This document shows positions 19,947-28,453 of a stretch of 45,371 bases of DNA, piece after piece (the stretch's first letter is position 1; each line of letters begins with the position of its first letter). The DNA lies in contig JAJZWG010000001.1 of the NCBI GenBank assembly GCA_021846795.1, positions 1 to 45,371 of the forward strand, written 5' to 3'. The translations under genes and the position numbers were made by a program. The notes below the pieces were generated by a model. That model had not been told where the DNA came from. It made no database searches and saw only the letters and a list, made by a program, of their open reading frames with translations. Source of the DNA: a bacterium (GTDB taxonomy: Bacteria > Patescibacteriota > Saccharimonadia > Saccharimonadales > UBA4665).

Positions 19947-20260
19947 GCCAAGTAGTTACCAGTAAATTCCCATTTTCGAATCTGTCTAGTCAAAAAATAA
20001 GACCTGCTCTAATTGTTGCAATCGTCGATTTTGGAGATGTGATTTTGTGTCAAATTACTTCCAAGAAATATTCAAGTTCTAATCCTATTAAGCTTGTATC
20101 TACCAACTTTGAGTCGGGTAGTTTACCAGTTGACAGTTTTATTAGACCTGATAAGTTATTTACCATCGATAAGTCAATGATTAGCACGGTATATGGTGAA
20201 TTAAATGATACAAAAACTGATGAAGTATTAAGCTCAATCAGAGATTTATTTAATGCCTAA
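19928..20260 (+). CDS. PemK/MazF-family toxin
   Basis: FPFSNLSSQKIRPALIV, ILCQITS, SFIRPDKLFT. ATG at 19928 follows GGAGG. Confidence 0.9.
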   Translation: MGKLKVGQVVTSKFPFSNLSSQKIRPALIVAIVDFGDVILCQITSKKYSSSNPIKLVSTNFESGSLPVDSFIRPDKLFTIDKSMISTVYGELNDTKTDEVLSSIRDLFNA

Positions 20261-20481
20261 GTTATTAGATCATAGATTTCAACAGTAATTCTCGAAAAAT
20301 AACTACCTAAAACTTATTTAGATAATATTCTTAAACTGTAAAAACTTCTTGTCTTACTTGCTTAACTATTTTCCACATTTCAATCAATTCTAGTTTGACT
20401 TGGTTCCAATTCGTTTTTATTATGTTACCAAAACGAACAGTCAAAACAGTCTTGTTTTTTTATGTATTACAATGTAATTAC

Positions 20482-20945
20482 ATGAATACATTAATTATAG
20501 TAACTCAAAACCTAAGCCTCTCTTAAAAGAAAGCGGATTATTCTAGCAAAATTGATATAAGAATTACTAAAAGAAAAATTAATATTGCAGCTACCGATCT
20601 AAAATTTAAACTATCGAAGCTTCAATATTATCTGAAAAAGTTTTAACAAAAGATTGATTATGCCCAGAAAAGGACAAAGCATGGGCAAATCTAAAATAGA
20701 CCGAGTAATTACCAGTAAATTCCCATTTTTTCAGATCTATCCAATCAAAAAATAAGACCGACTCAGTTATAGCGATCGTCGATTTTGAAGATTTAATTTC
20801 GTATTAAATTACTTTCAAGAAATATTTAAATTCTAATCTTATTGGGCTTATACTTGTTAATTAACAGTTTCATTAAACCTAATAAGCAATTTACTATTGA
20901 TAAATTAGATTATACGGGGCGAGTTAAATAATATAAAAACTAAAA
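20482..20945 (+). pseudogene. Decayed tandem copy of the MazE/MazF operon
   Basis: Colinear similarity to 19710-20225 (e.g. tcaatattatctgaaaa, ggacaaagcatgggcaa, ttaccagtaaattcccatttt, caaaaaataagacc) with many stops and indels. Confidence 0.9.
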
Positions 20946-21019
20946 AATCAGAAGTTTCAACTATATTCAATCAAACAATCTTATTGTAATGAATTTAATG
21001 TATCTTCATTATAAAAGAT

Positions 21020-21049
21020 ATAAAATCTGTTTTTAAAAACAGATTTTAT
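21020..21049 (-). terminator. Perfect 30-bp palindrome, likely intrinsic terminator
   Basis: ATAAAATCTGTTTTT/AAAAACAGATTTTAT just downstream of the 29-aa minus-strand ORF. Confidence 0.65.
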
Positions 21050-21066
21050 GCTCTTAAAAATTAAAA

Positions 21067-21156
21067 TTAGATCAGATCTTTAATTAATCGATCTATTTTT
21101 AAAATTTGACTGTCAGAGGTTTCCGACAACTCGTAGCGTAAGCCAAAAGATTGCAT
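21067..21156 (-). CDS. Small 29-aa protein MQSFGLRYELSETSDSQILKIDRLIKDLI
   Basis: AAGGAGG SD 5 nt before ATG, upstream TTGTAA-N17-TATTAT, downstream palindrome. Confidence 0.55.
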   Translation of the reverse strand: MQSFGLRYELSETSDSQILKIDRLIKDLI

Positions 21157-21240
21157 TTTTCCTCCTTTTTTAATTGTTTTTGTTTTTGATAATAAATTAC
21201 CAATATTTATATAATAGTTTCCAAAAATTATTTTTACAAG

Positions 21241-21609
21241 CTATTTATTTTTTAATAATAAACTGTAGCTTTTTTTAGTTTTAAAAATAATGATAATAAT
21301 TAATAATAAACAAACTAAAATTATCGAAGAACCTAAATAAAAATCAACAGTTGGTATTGGTGATTGATTAGCAACAATAACTGGTTTTTGATTTTTTAAT
21401 AGAGAAGCTTGATTATTGCTAGAACTGTTTAAACCATTAACCGATAGATTAATATTATTAGCATTAGAATTAAGGATATTTTGATTTAAACCAGTTTGAA
21501 TATTATTGGTATTTTGACTTAAAACTCCGTTATTACCAACTATATTTTGTGGATTAGTAGTACCACCACCTAAAGTAGAATTACTACCTCCTTGATTAAC
21601 CGGATTCAT
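21241..21609 (-). CDS. Asn/Gln-rich low-complexity protein with C-terminal TM anchor
   Basis: ORF track; hydrophobic segment followed by a basic tail. Confidence 0.65.
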   Translation of the reverse strand: MNPVNQGGSNSTLGGGTTNPQNIVGNNGVLSQNTNNIQTGLNQNILNSNANNINLSVNGLNSSSNNQASLLKNQKPVIVANQSPIPTVDFYLGSSIILVCLLLIIIIIFKTKKSYSLLLKNK

Positions 21610-21649
21610 ACTTTTTATTCTATATTAATTAGGCTAAATTCACTAGTTT

Positions 21650-23209
21650 TTACGGCCTTAATAAAATTTGGCGCCAAGATAAAACACTATAACCTGATGT
21701 TAAAGGAAAATCTGGTGGTGGATTATATTTTAAATTATAATCATACTGTGTTGTGTTATTTAAAATTCCCGAAATATAACTGTTTTCTGGGCCATAATAA
21801 GCAGCATTACCACATTGATTACTACCGTCTAACCAAGTCCAAGTCCAAGTTTGTCGAGTACCAACTGATCCATAAAATAAAAATTTTTGGTTAGGCCCGA
21901 CCCAACCAGTAGTACAATACCAAGGATATGACTGGTAAACATCCGGATACCAAACATTGCCATTTTCAGCTAATAAAGCAGCATCAACTTCAAACGTAAA
22001 CGATGGATCACTTGGTGGTGGTGGCGCGTATGGTGCAATTATAACTGAATTTTGAGCAATTAAACCAATTGTATCTGTACCATTTTTCGTCCCATAAACT
22101 AATGGTCCAGCAATTTCAATATTAGCATAATTATTTGAGTTCGAGGCTGTTAATCGACCAGCCGCAATACTAACATTACCGTTAAAATCTGGATTAGATA
22201 AAACCCAAACATTAGCTTCGGCAAAAATAACTCCCTTAGAAGGAATAGGAATATTAGACGATATAGCCGTTAAACTTAAAGCCGTTTGATAATTTGATTG
22301 AGCATCGTTTTGGCCATTCACATCATATAAATTATAGGTACTATTTGAATTTAATTGAATTAAATAACCTTCGGTTGGACTATAAGCTCCTTTTCTGGCT
22401 GGCAAATAAGCCGGCGTTAAAGTTTTAGGTGTTTCAGAACAAGCATGAGGAGAATTATTAAATGATGCTGTTAAGGACTCTTCAGAAAATGCTTCTTGTT
22501 TCATATTGCAGAGACTTGACGATATTTCATTAAAATTAACTGTTGGAACTGGATATATCCAATCAGCTTTTGATCTAGTGTTACAATTAACCGGCGAAGT
22601 AACTGTTGGACTACACCAGACACCTGGTTCGGGGGTGCTACCATTGCCACCCAAACTAGTTGATGGTACATAACTACTATTAGCACTACTAACAGTTGAA
22701 GTATTAGGTCCATCCATTCTAATACCTTGATTGGAATCAACTGGTCCAGCAGCTGTTTCAGTTGCACCAAACCATAAAGCTGAATCACTCACAACACCAT
22801 AACTTGCAAACGATGGTACGCCAATTTGCGCCTGAACAGTTTGTTTGATTGAACTATTTAAAACCTGTCCGATCGATGTAACTTGTACAATTGTTGAATT
22901 ATTAACTGGTGGCTTAATATATAACGTGTATGTACCCTCAATTCGACCGTTAGCTCCGACATAGTTGTGAATATAAGGTCCATAACCAAGAGTGGGATTT
23001 TTAGCATAATTAGTTGTTCCGTCTGTATAGTTTGTGGCATTAATATCTAAATGCCATTGATAATAATTAATACCAGCTTCAGCTATGTTAAGAGCTTGTT
23101 GAGTTTGTAAATTATTACTAGCTACAAAAAAATTATTAAGAGTTACTCCTGTAATAGCTGAACCTAAAATAGAAAAAGCTATTATGACTGAAATTAATCC
23201 TGGTAACAT
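21650..23209 (-). CDS. PilX-like type IV pilus minor pilin/adhesin
   Basis: N-terminal hydrophobic helix followed by QALNIAEAGINY; VTSIG motif; third gene of the pilin cluster. Confidence 0.75.
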   Translation of the reverse strand: MLPGLISVIIAFSILGSAITGVTLNNFFVASNNLQTQQALNIAEAGINYYQWHLDINATNYTDGTTNYAKNPTLGYGPYIHNYVGANGRIEGTYTLYIKPPVNNSTIVQVTSIGQVLNSSIKQTVQAQIGVPSFASYGVVSDSALWFGATETAAGPVDSNQGIRMDGPNTSTVSSANSSYVPSTSLGGNGSTPEPGVWCSPTVTSPVNCNTRSKADWIYPVPTVNFNEISSSLCNMKQEAFSEESLTASFNNSPHACSETPKTLTPAYLPARKGAYSPTEGYLIQLNSNSTYNLYDVNGQNDAQSNYQTALSLTAISSNIPIPSKGVIFAEANVWVLSNPDFNGNVSIAAGRLTASNSNNYANIEIAGPLVYGTKNGTDTIGLIAQNSVIIAPYAPPPPSDPSFTFEVDAALLAENGNVWYPDVYQSYPWYCTTGWVGPNQKFLFYGSVGTRQTWTWTWLDGSNQCGNAAYYGPENSYISGILNNTTQYDYNLKYNPPPDFPLTSGYSVLSWRQILLRP

Positions 23210-23228
23210 TTTTTAACTCTCATCATTA

Positions 23229-23843
23229 TTATTGTACAATACTCCGATTCCTTAAACTGATTATTAAATCAAGGGACTGACTTTTATTATTAGAACCCGC
23301 AATTGGTGACATTAAATTAATACCTACACTAATAATTAAATTATTGTCACTGATTGGTGGATAAAGAATATTTTGACCTAAGCCATAATACGTAAACAAA
23401 CCTATTGATGAATTATAGTCATATTTAGAAATTATGACATATTGCTTAGTTTCTGAAGTAATCGGCTGTCCGATTGGCGGATTAGCAGTCATTGGAGTTA
23501 CTGAAGCTAAAAGTTGATTTTTTTGACTATTTAAATAATATGTCACCTCAGAAACATATTGATCATTAAGTTTAAAATAAGAATAGAGGGTTAAACTATT
23601 AGTTGAAGCGTTAACTATACCAGTAGCTCCTCTAATAACATTACCAATTCTAGTTGATTCAACTTGTAAATTAGTTAACTCAATACTATTTTGTTGTTGA
23701 TCCAAAAAAGAAATTAAAGTATTGTCAAAAAATACGCCAAAAGTAGCAAACAAAACACCAACCACTAAAATCACTACCATCAATTCAATTAATGTAAAAC
23801 CTGTCTGATTTAAATTCTGATTTTTTAAATTACGACGAAACAA
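23229..23843 (-). CDS. Prepilin-type N-terminal cleavage/methylation protein (PilW-like)
   Basis: GFTLIELMVVILVVGVL class III signal. Confidence 0.85.
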   Translation of the reverse strand: MFRRNLKNQNLNQTGFTLIELMVVILVVGVLFATFGVFFDNTLISFLDQQQNSIELTNLQVESTRIGNVIRGATGIVNASTNSLTLYSYFKLNDQYVSEVTYYLNSQKNQLLASVTPMTANPPIGQPITSETKQYVIISKYDYNSSIGLFTYYGLGQNILYPPISDNNLIISVGINLMSPIAGSNNKSQSLDLIISLRNRSIVQ

Positions 23844-25386
23844 TGATACCTCCTAGTAACGGCGCAGCCGGTAATTTGAACGTATAACCCTTGGTTTGAA
23901 CTTCTAATTCCGTATTTCCAGTAATAACTCCCGTCAAATTAACTTGACAGTTTAAATTTGTTCCGTTGCCAGTACCAGTACATTGAGCTTTAAAAGTATT
24001 AGTATTTTGAATAAAACTTATCTGAGTTTGACAACTGCTAGCCGAATTACCGCATGGTAAATTAGTACCAGTAACATTAAAACTAAAATCTGATAAAGTA
24101 CTAGATGTTTCGCTAACTGTCGACGGCGTTAAAGTATCAATTCTAGGAAAAGCTGGATTAGAAGTTAAAATTAATCTAACTTCTTGTAAATAATTGTTCC
24201 CTTGATAAGGAAAATATGATCCACTATAAGTAGAAGATAAAAAAGTCGGTACTACAACTGGATAAAACGAATTATTGCCAGAATAAGCTACGGCAGCAGC
24301 TAAATAATAAGTTGTCCCATTAACAGAACATCCCTTATTGCCATTGGTACCACAAAAATAATAATTCCCTGGAACTAAATTCTGTAAGCCAACATAACCA
24401 CTAGAATTAGTAACCGGAGAAACATTAGGAGCGGTTTGACTATTATAGTAATAATCATAATTAGTACTAGAAGTATATTCTTTGTAACCTCCTTTAATAG
24501 CTACGGTTGCTTGACCAATCGGATTACCATTTATACCGGTTGCATTAATTAACAAACTGTATTGACCCATGGGTTTAAGAGTTAAAGTAACATAATCTGA
24601 ATTTTGTTGTAATAAATCTTGATTTGGATAAACTGGTACTAAATTTCCAAAATTAGCGATAGTTGATAAACTTGAATATCCTGAATAAGACGCCGAAACC
24701 ACATAATCAAATTTTCGATCTGGTGGCATGCCATAAAAAATAGCAATGCCATTTTGATCTGTTGTTTCTGAAGCATTAACATTGGGTGTAACTGATGAAT
24801 TGACAACATTAACTTTAGCACCAACAATTGGATTACCGTTATTATCAATTACTTTAACTATAATATTACCACTATTATTAATTACACCAGGAACAGGAGG
24901 AGCAATTTGAGTATCTAATTTAGCTAAAATTAGATTTGAATTATCCGTAACAACAACTCTAATATCTTTATAATCTTCTGCATCCCCTGGATTAGGTGCT
25001 CCTGGTGGCGGTGGATAATTTCGACAATATTCTTCCTCGAGTTGTAAATTTGGATAAGAACCACAACCATTATAAGCATCATCTACATAAACTATCTCAG
25101 TTTTAATAATATAAGTATGGCCATTAATAGTTTTATTGACTGCAGCTGGTAAGTATGAATTAGCTACAATTGGACCATTCTGTACAGCTAAATTCTGATA
25201 AGGAACTGTTTGATAATATTCCATTTGATTAGTTGCCAAAGTTAGGGCTTCGGCTTGACGACTAGCCACAATACTACTGTGAAGCACTGAAATATATAGG
25301 TTAAAAAATGCAATGACAATAATTAACAAAACTACCAAACTTAGCATTAATTCAATTAACGTAAAACCCTTACTATTTTTTAACAT
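23830..25386 (-). CDS. Large minor pilin (PilV-like) with carboxypeptidase-regulatory-like beta-sandwich domains
   Basis: KGFTLIELM; GNIIVKVIDNNGNPIVGAKV and TTDQNGIAIF-type repeats. Confidence 0.82.
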   Translation of the reverse strand: MLKNSKGFTLIELMLSLVVLLIIVIAFFNLYISVLHSSIVASRQAEALTLATNQMEYYQTVPYQNLAVQNGPIVANSYLPAAVNKTINGHTYIIKTEIVYVDDAYNGCGSYPNLQLEEEYCRNYPPPPGAPNPGDAEDYKDIRVVVTDNSNLILAKLDTQIAPPVPGVINNSGNIIVKVIDNNGNPIVGAKVNVVNSSVTPNVNASETTDQNGIAIFYGMPPDRKFDYVVSASYSGYSSLSTIANFGNLVPVYPNQDLLQQNSDYVTLTLKPMGQYSLLINATGINGNPIGQATVAIKGGYKEYTSSTNYDYYYNSQTAPNVSPVTNSSGYVGLQNLVPGNYYFCGTNGNKGCSVNGTTYYLAAAVAYSGNNSFYPVVVPTFLSSTYSGSYFPYQGNNYLQEVRLILTSNPAFPRIDTLTPSTVSETSSTLSDFSFNVTGTNLPCGNSASSCQTQISFIQNTNTFKAQCTGTGNGTNLNCQVNLTGVITGNTELEVQTKGYTFKLPAAPLLGGIIVSS

Positions 25387-25430
25387 CTACTTATTATTAT
25401 AAATAAAACATAAGAAATAAATAAATTAAA

Positions 25431-25457
25431 AATACCGCCTAACTTGTAGGCGGTATT
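25431..25457 (-). terminator. Intrinsic terminator of hsp20
   Basis: AATACCGCCTA-acttg-TAGGCGGTATT hairpin with a T-rich tail on the minus strand. Confidence 0.85.
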
Positions 25458-25478
25458 AAATATTGAATTCTAAAACAA

Positions 25479-25895
25479 TTATTTAGAAGTTTTAGATTCA
25501 ATCGCAATTTTTTTAGGCTTTGGTAATTCTTTATATGGCACTGAAACAACCAATAAACCATGAGAAAACTTAGCTTTAATATTGTCTAAATCTACGTTTT
25601 TAGGTAATGAAAAACTTCGATAATAGCTAGTAGCACTTTCGCGGTGTAAATATTTTTTTTCAGTTTTTTCATTATGTTCAGCACTAATCTCTAAATTACC
25701 TTCATTTTCAGAAACATTAATCTCATTTTCTTTAAAATGAGGTAAATGAACCTCAACATTTATGGCTTTATCATCACCGTAAATATCTGTAACTGGTGTA
25801 ACTGAATTACTTTTAGAAAGATCATTAAAAAACTCATTTATTTGATTTTGAAAATTATTTAGATCTGCAAATGGATCGAATCTTACGATTGGCAT
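25479..25895 (-). CDS. Small heat shock protein (Hsp20/alpha-crystallin)
   Basis: PVTDIY, HRES..YYRSFSLP..VD...IKAKFSHGLLVVSVP. Confidence 0.93.
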   Translation of the reverse strand: MPIVRFDPFADLNNFQNQINEFFNDLSKSNSVTPVTDIYGDDKAINVEVHLPHFKENEINVSENEGNLEISAEHNEKTEKKYLHRESATSYYRSFSLPKNVDLDNIKAKFSHGLLVVSVPYKELPKPKKIAIESKTSK

Positions 25896-25957
25896 TTTAA
25901 ACCTCCTTCTTTTAAATTATTTAATGCTTCTTCAAGCAACATTAATAATATATATAA

Positions 25958-25984
25958 TTAGCACTCATATGTCAAGAGTGCTAA
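25958..25984. promoter_or_regulatory. CIRCE operator upstream of hsp20
   Basis: Perfect TTAGCACTC-N9-GAGTGCTAA with a minus-strand TTGACA in the spacer. Confidence 0.95.
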
Positions 25985-26372
25985 TTATAGTAAAATTTTC
26001 AACATTGGGAATACCCTACTAAAAACTAAAAAAATAATATTATCAATCAAGAAATAGTTTTATTGCCAGTGATCTTAATGTCTCTTGGTGCGCTATCTCA
26101 ATCTATTCCCATATATAAAACTCTAAACAAATGTACAAAATCTTTTGAATGATATTTTCTAGCGTTTGGTAAAAATATAGTCGAACTTTTTAAGCACTTC
26201 TTTAGGATGATCTGCCGGTATATCTTCTTTTATTAAGTCGTTCATGATTTTTTTAAAAAAGATTCCTCGGTTTAACTTGAGTTTCATTAAATTCTTCTAT
26301 AACTTTTTATATATCAAACTAACTGTCTAAGATTTTCATTCCAATGTAATTCGAACAAAATTAAGACACTAT

Positions 26373-26415
26373 AGTCGTAAAACTCGATCTCGTCTTTTAG
26401 ATGCATGATCTGGTT
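26373..26415 (+). repeat. 43-bp degenerate direct repeat, copy 1 (copy 2 at 27637-27679)
   Basis: agtcgtaaaactcgatctcgtcttttagatgcatgatctggtt vs agtcatggaactcgatctcatatcttgggtgcatgatttggtt, 34/43 identical and ungapped. Confidence 0.75.
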
Positions 26416-26515
26416 AAGCATGCTGGTCTGAAACATTTTCGTAATCACATCCTACACATCACCCAAAGCCATAACTTAAGTTAACTTATCTGCATGGTGA
26501 GTGATTACAAAAACT

Positions 26516-26544
26516 TTGACACTAAATTATAATAAACTTATAAT
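26516..26544 (+). promoter_or_regulatory. Consensus promoter of the AbrB-Doc operon (leaderless geometry)
   Basis: TTGACA-N17-TATAAT, with ATG 6 nt downstream. Confidence 0.8.
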
Positions 26545-26550
26545 ATAAAT

Positions 26551-26769
26551 ATGATTGAAACAACTCAAAAAATTATTCAGATAGGTTCTAGCCAAGGTGT
26601 AACTTTATCAAAAAAGGACTTGGCAAGATTAGGGGCTAAGCGGGGCGATACTCTGAAACTTAAAGTAGAACTTGTCAATGGACACGATAAGCACCAGAAA
26701 TTATTACGCGAATATGAGGCGTTCGTAAACCAATATGGTCAAACCCTCAAAAACCTTGCGAAAAAATGA
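26551..26769 (+). CDS. AbrB/MazE-like antitoxin
   Basis: KIIQIGSSQGVTLSK AbrB motif; ATGA overlap with the doc-like gene. Confidence 0.82.
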   Translation: MIETTQKIIQIGSSQGVTLSKKDLARLGAKRGDTLKLKVELVNGHDKHQKLLREYEAFVNQYGQTLKNLAKK

Positions 26770-27149
26770 ATATTAGGTACTTAAATTTAGAGGAAATTTT
26801 ACGTCTGCATTTTCAGATAATTGAAGATTTTGGCGGGAGTCATGGCGTGAAAGACGAAGGTAGACTCAAGTCTGTGGTTCAAGCACCAAAACAAATTGTA
26901 TTTGGCAAAGAGCAATATCCGACATTAAACAAAAAAGCTGCAGTTTATCTAAGGAATATTATAGGAGACCATCCTTTTAGTGACGGAAACAAACGAACAG
27001 CAATAACAGTATGCGGAATCTTCCTAACGCGCAACGGCAGTAAACTAACGGTAAGTCCGAAAGTTCTTGAATTGTTTACCCTCAAAGTCACAATTGATCA
27101 TTTGACTATTAATAAAATTGCTAGCTGGCTTGACGGAAACTCAGTTTGA
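26766..27149 (+). CDS. Doc/Fic-family toxin (death-on-curing type)
   Basis: HPFSDGNKRTA Doc motif; GGSHGVKDEGRLKS. Confidence 0.92.
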   Translation: MNIRYLNLEEILRLHFQIIEDFGGSHGVKDEGRLKSVVQAPKQIVFGKEQYPTLNKKAAVYLRNIIGDHPFSDGNKRTAITVCGIFLTRNGSKLTVSPKVLELFTLKVTIDHLTINKIASWLDGNSV

Positions 27150-27674
27150 TTAATTGTCTTAAATTAAATATTAGGTCGTTTAATTTCATAAAAATGCACC
27201 AGCAAAACAAATTGATAAACGATTGTTAGTAAATGTTCCTTCGGGTTACACTGATAACTTAGATTACTTTATAGATAGGTACGCTGTCACTTAAAGAATT
27301 TGGTGACACAAAATTATGCTTACATCTTCAGTAAAGTACCTATTTCCACAGCTGAAAGACAAATAGACATGAAATTATAATACTTTTGCGTAATACCCAC
27401 GCATTTTTCTGGTAGTTAAGGGTTCTGCTATATATGACATAAGTCATGGAACACAATCGGTTATCGTGCTGTCCAGCCATCATAATGAGGAGCGGTCGGT
27501 TCTGGAACTTAGTCAAGAAGTAAAATGAGATAAATAATGGTGTTCTGGTGATTTGAGTTTTATGTTACTAAATTTGGTCAATCCTCAAAAACTACGCCAA
27601 AATGTCGACTTTTCCAGATGTAAATAAATAGAGACCAGTCATGGAACTCGATCTCATATCTTGGGTGCATGATT

Positions 27675-27749
27675 TGGTTGCGGGGACAGGACTCGAACCT
27701 GTGACCTCGTGGTTATGAGCCACGCGAGCTGCCGCTGCTCCACCCCGCT
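27675..27749 (-). tRNA. tRNA-fMet (CAT), initiator
   Basis: Reverse complement AGCGGGGTGGAGCAGCGGCAGCTCGCGTGGCTCATAACCACGAGGTCACAGGTTCGAGTCCTGTCCCCGCAACCA; unpaired 1:72 and initiator-type D-arm. Confidence 0.9.
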
Positions 27750-27840
27750 TTATATATCTAATTTTTTATAGTATCACACTATTAAGTATTGTCAATTTAG
27801 TTATCTAACAAATAACTAATTTGATATAATATCATGCTAT

Positions 27841-27916
27841 GGGGGCGTAGCTCATCGGTTAGAGCAGGCGGCTCATAACCGCTTGGTAGTTGGTTCGATT
27901 CCAACCTCCCCCACCA
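27841..27916 (+). tRNA. tRNA-Ile2 (CAT, lysidine-modified), probable
   Basis: GGGGGCGTAGCTCA...GGCGGCTCATAACCGCTTGGT...GGTTCGATTCC...ACCA; anticodon arm typical of Ile2. Confidence 0.85.
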
Positions 27917-27930
27917 AAAATTTTTAATCA

Positions 27931-28368
27931 TTACACTTTATAATCTAAGCTATTAATTTGCGCCCAATGATTAATAAATTTAACAAAGTTAATTATTTCT
28001 TCGTCTGTTAAACCTTTAAATAAACTTTGATTTTCTAAACTAAAAGCCTTTAATAGTTTATTTTGTAGTTTAATACCCTTGGGGGTTAATTTTATATCTT
28101 TAATTCGACGATCGTTAATTGATTCTTGTCGGGTTAATATTTCTTTTTTAACTAAAGCATCAATAATTCCAGTTATATTTGAAGGATCACATTGAAACAA
28201 ATTCTTAAAATAATTCATCGGTAAAGATTCATTTAAATCAATTGATATTAATGTCATCAATTGCATGATTGTTAAATCATGCTTCAAGCTTAATCGATAG
28301 ATTTCATTTTTAAAATCCATTAAAAATTCAATTAAGTTTTTATAAAATAAATTGTTTAAATTTTTCAT
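27931..28368 (-). CDS. MarR-family transcriptional regulator
   Basis: CDPSNITGIIDALVKK, DRRIKDIKLTPKG. Confidence 0.9.
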   Translation of the reverse strand: MKNLNNLFYKNLIEFLMDFKNEIYRLSLKHDLTIMQLMTLISIDLNESLPMNYFKNLFQCDPSNITGIIDALVKKEILTRQESINDRRIKDIKLTPKGIKLQNKLLKAFSLENQSLFKGLTDEEIINFVKFINHWAQINSLDYKV

Positions 28369-28388
28369 ACTAAATTATTGACATACTA

Positions 28389-28411
28389 AATAGTTGACAT
28401 TATCAACTATT
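28389..28411. promoter_or_regulatory. Putative MarR operator (9-5-9 palindrome)
   Basis: AATAGTTGA-catta-TCAACTATT between divergent marR and MFS genes, overlapping a TTGACA. Confidence 0.7.
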
Positions 28412-28453
28412 AATCATACCATAGTTTAGTATATTAATAAAATCAAGGTAAAA

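Noticed and set aside
19664..19993. 109-aa minus-strand ORF
   Set aside because: Antisense to the MazE/MazF pair, which has the promoter and the motifs
21592..24848. ORFs 21592-21894, 22501-22788, 22858-23040, 24639-24848
   Set aside because: Shadows within the pilin genes
25990..26340. Possible decayed minus-strand gene (MNDLIKEDIPADHPKEVLKKFDYIF...)
   Set aside because: Multiple stops and no recognisable family; cannot be supported without blastx
27150..27636. Non-coding stretch of slightly higher GC, possibly a gene remnant
   Set aside because: No sustained frame or identifiable motif
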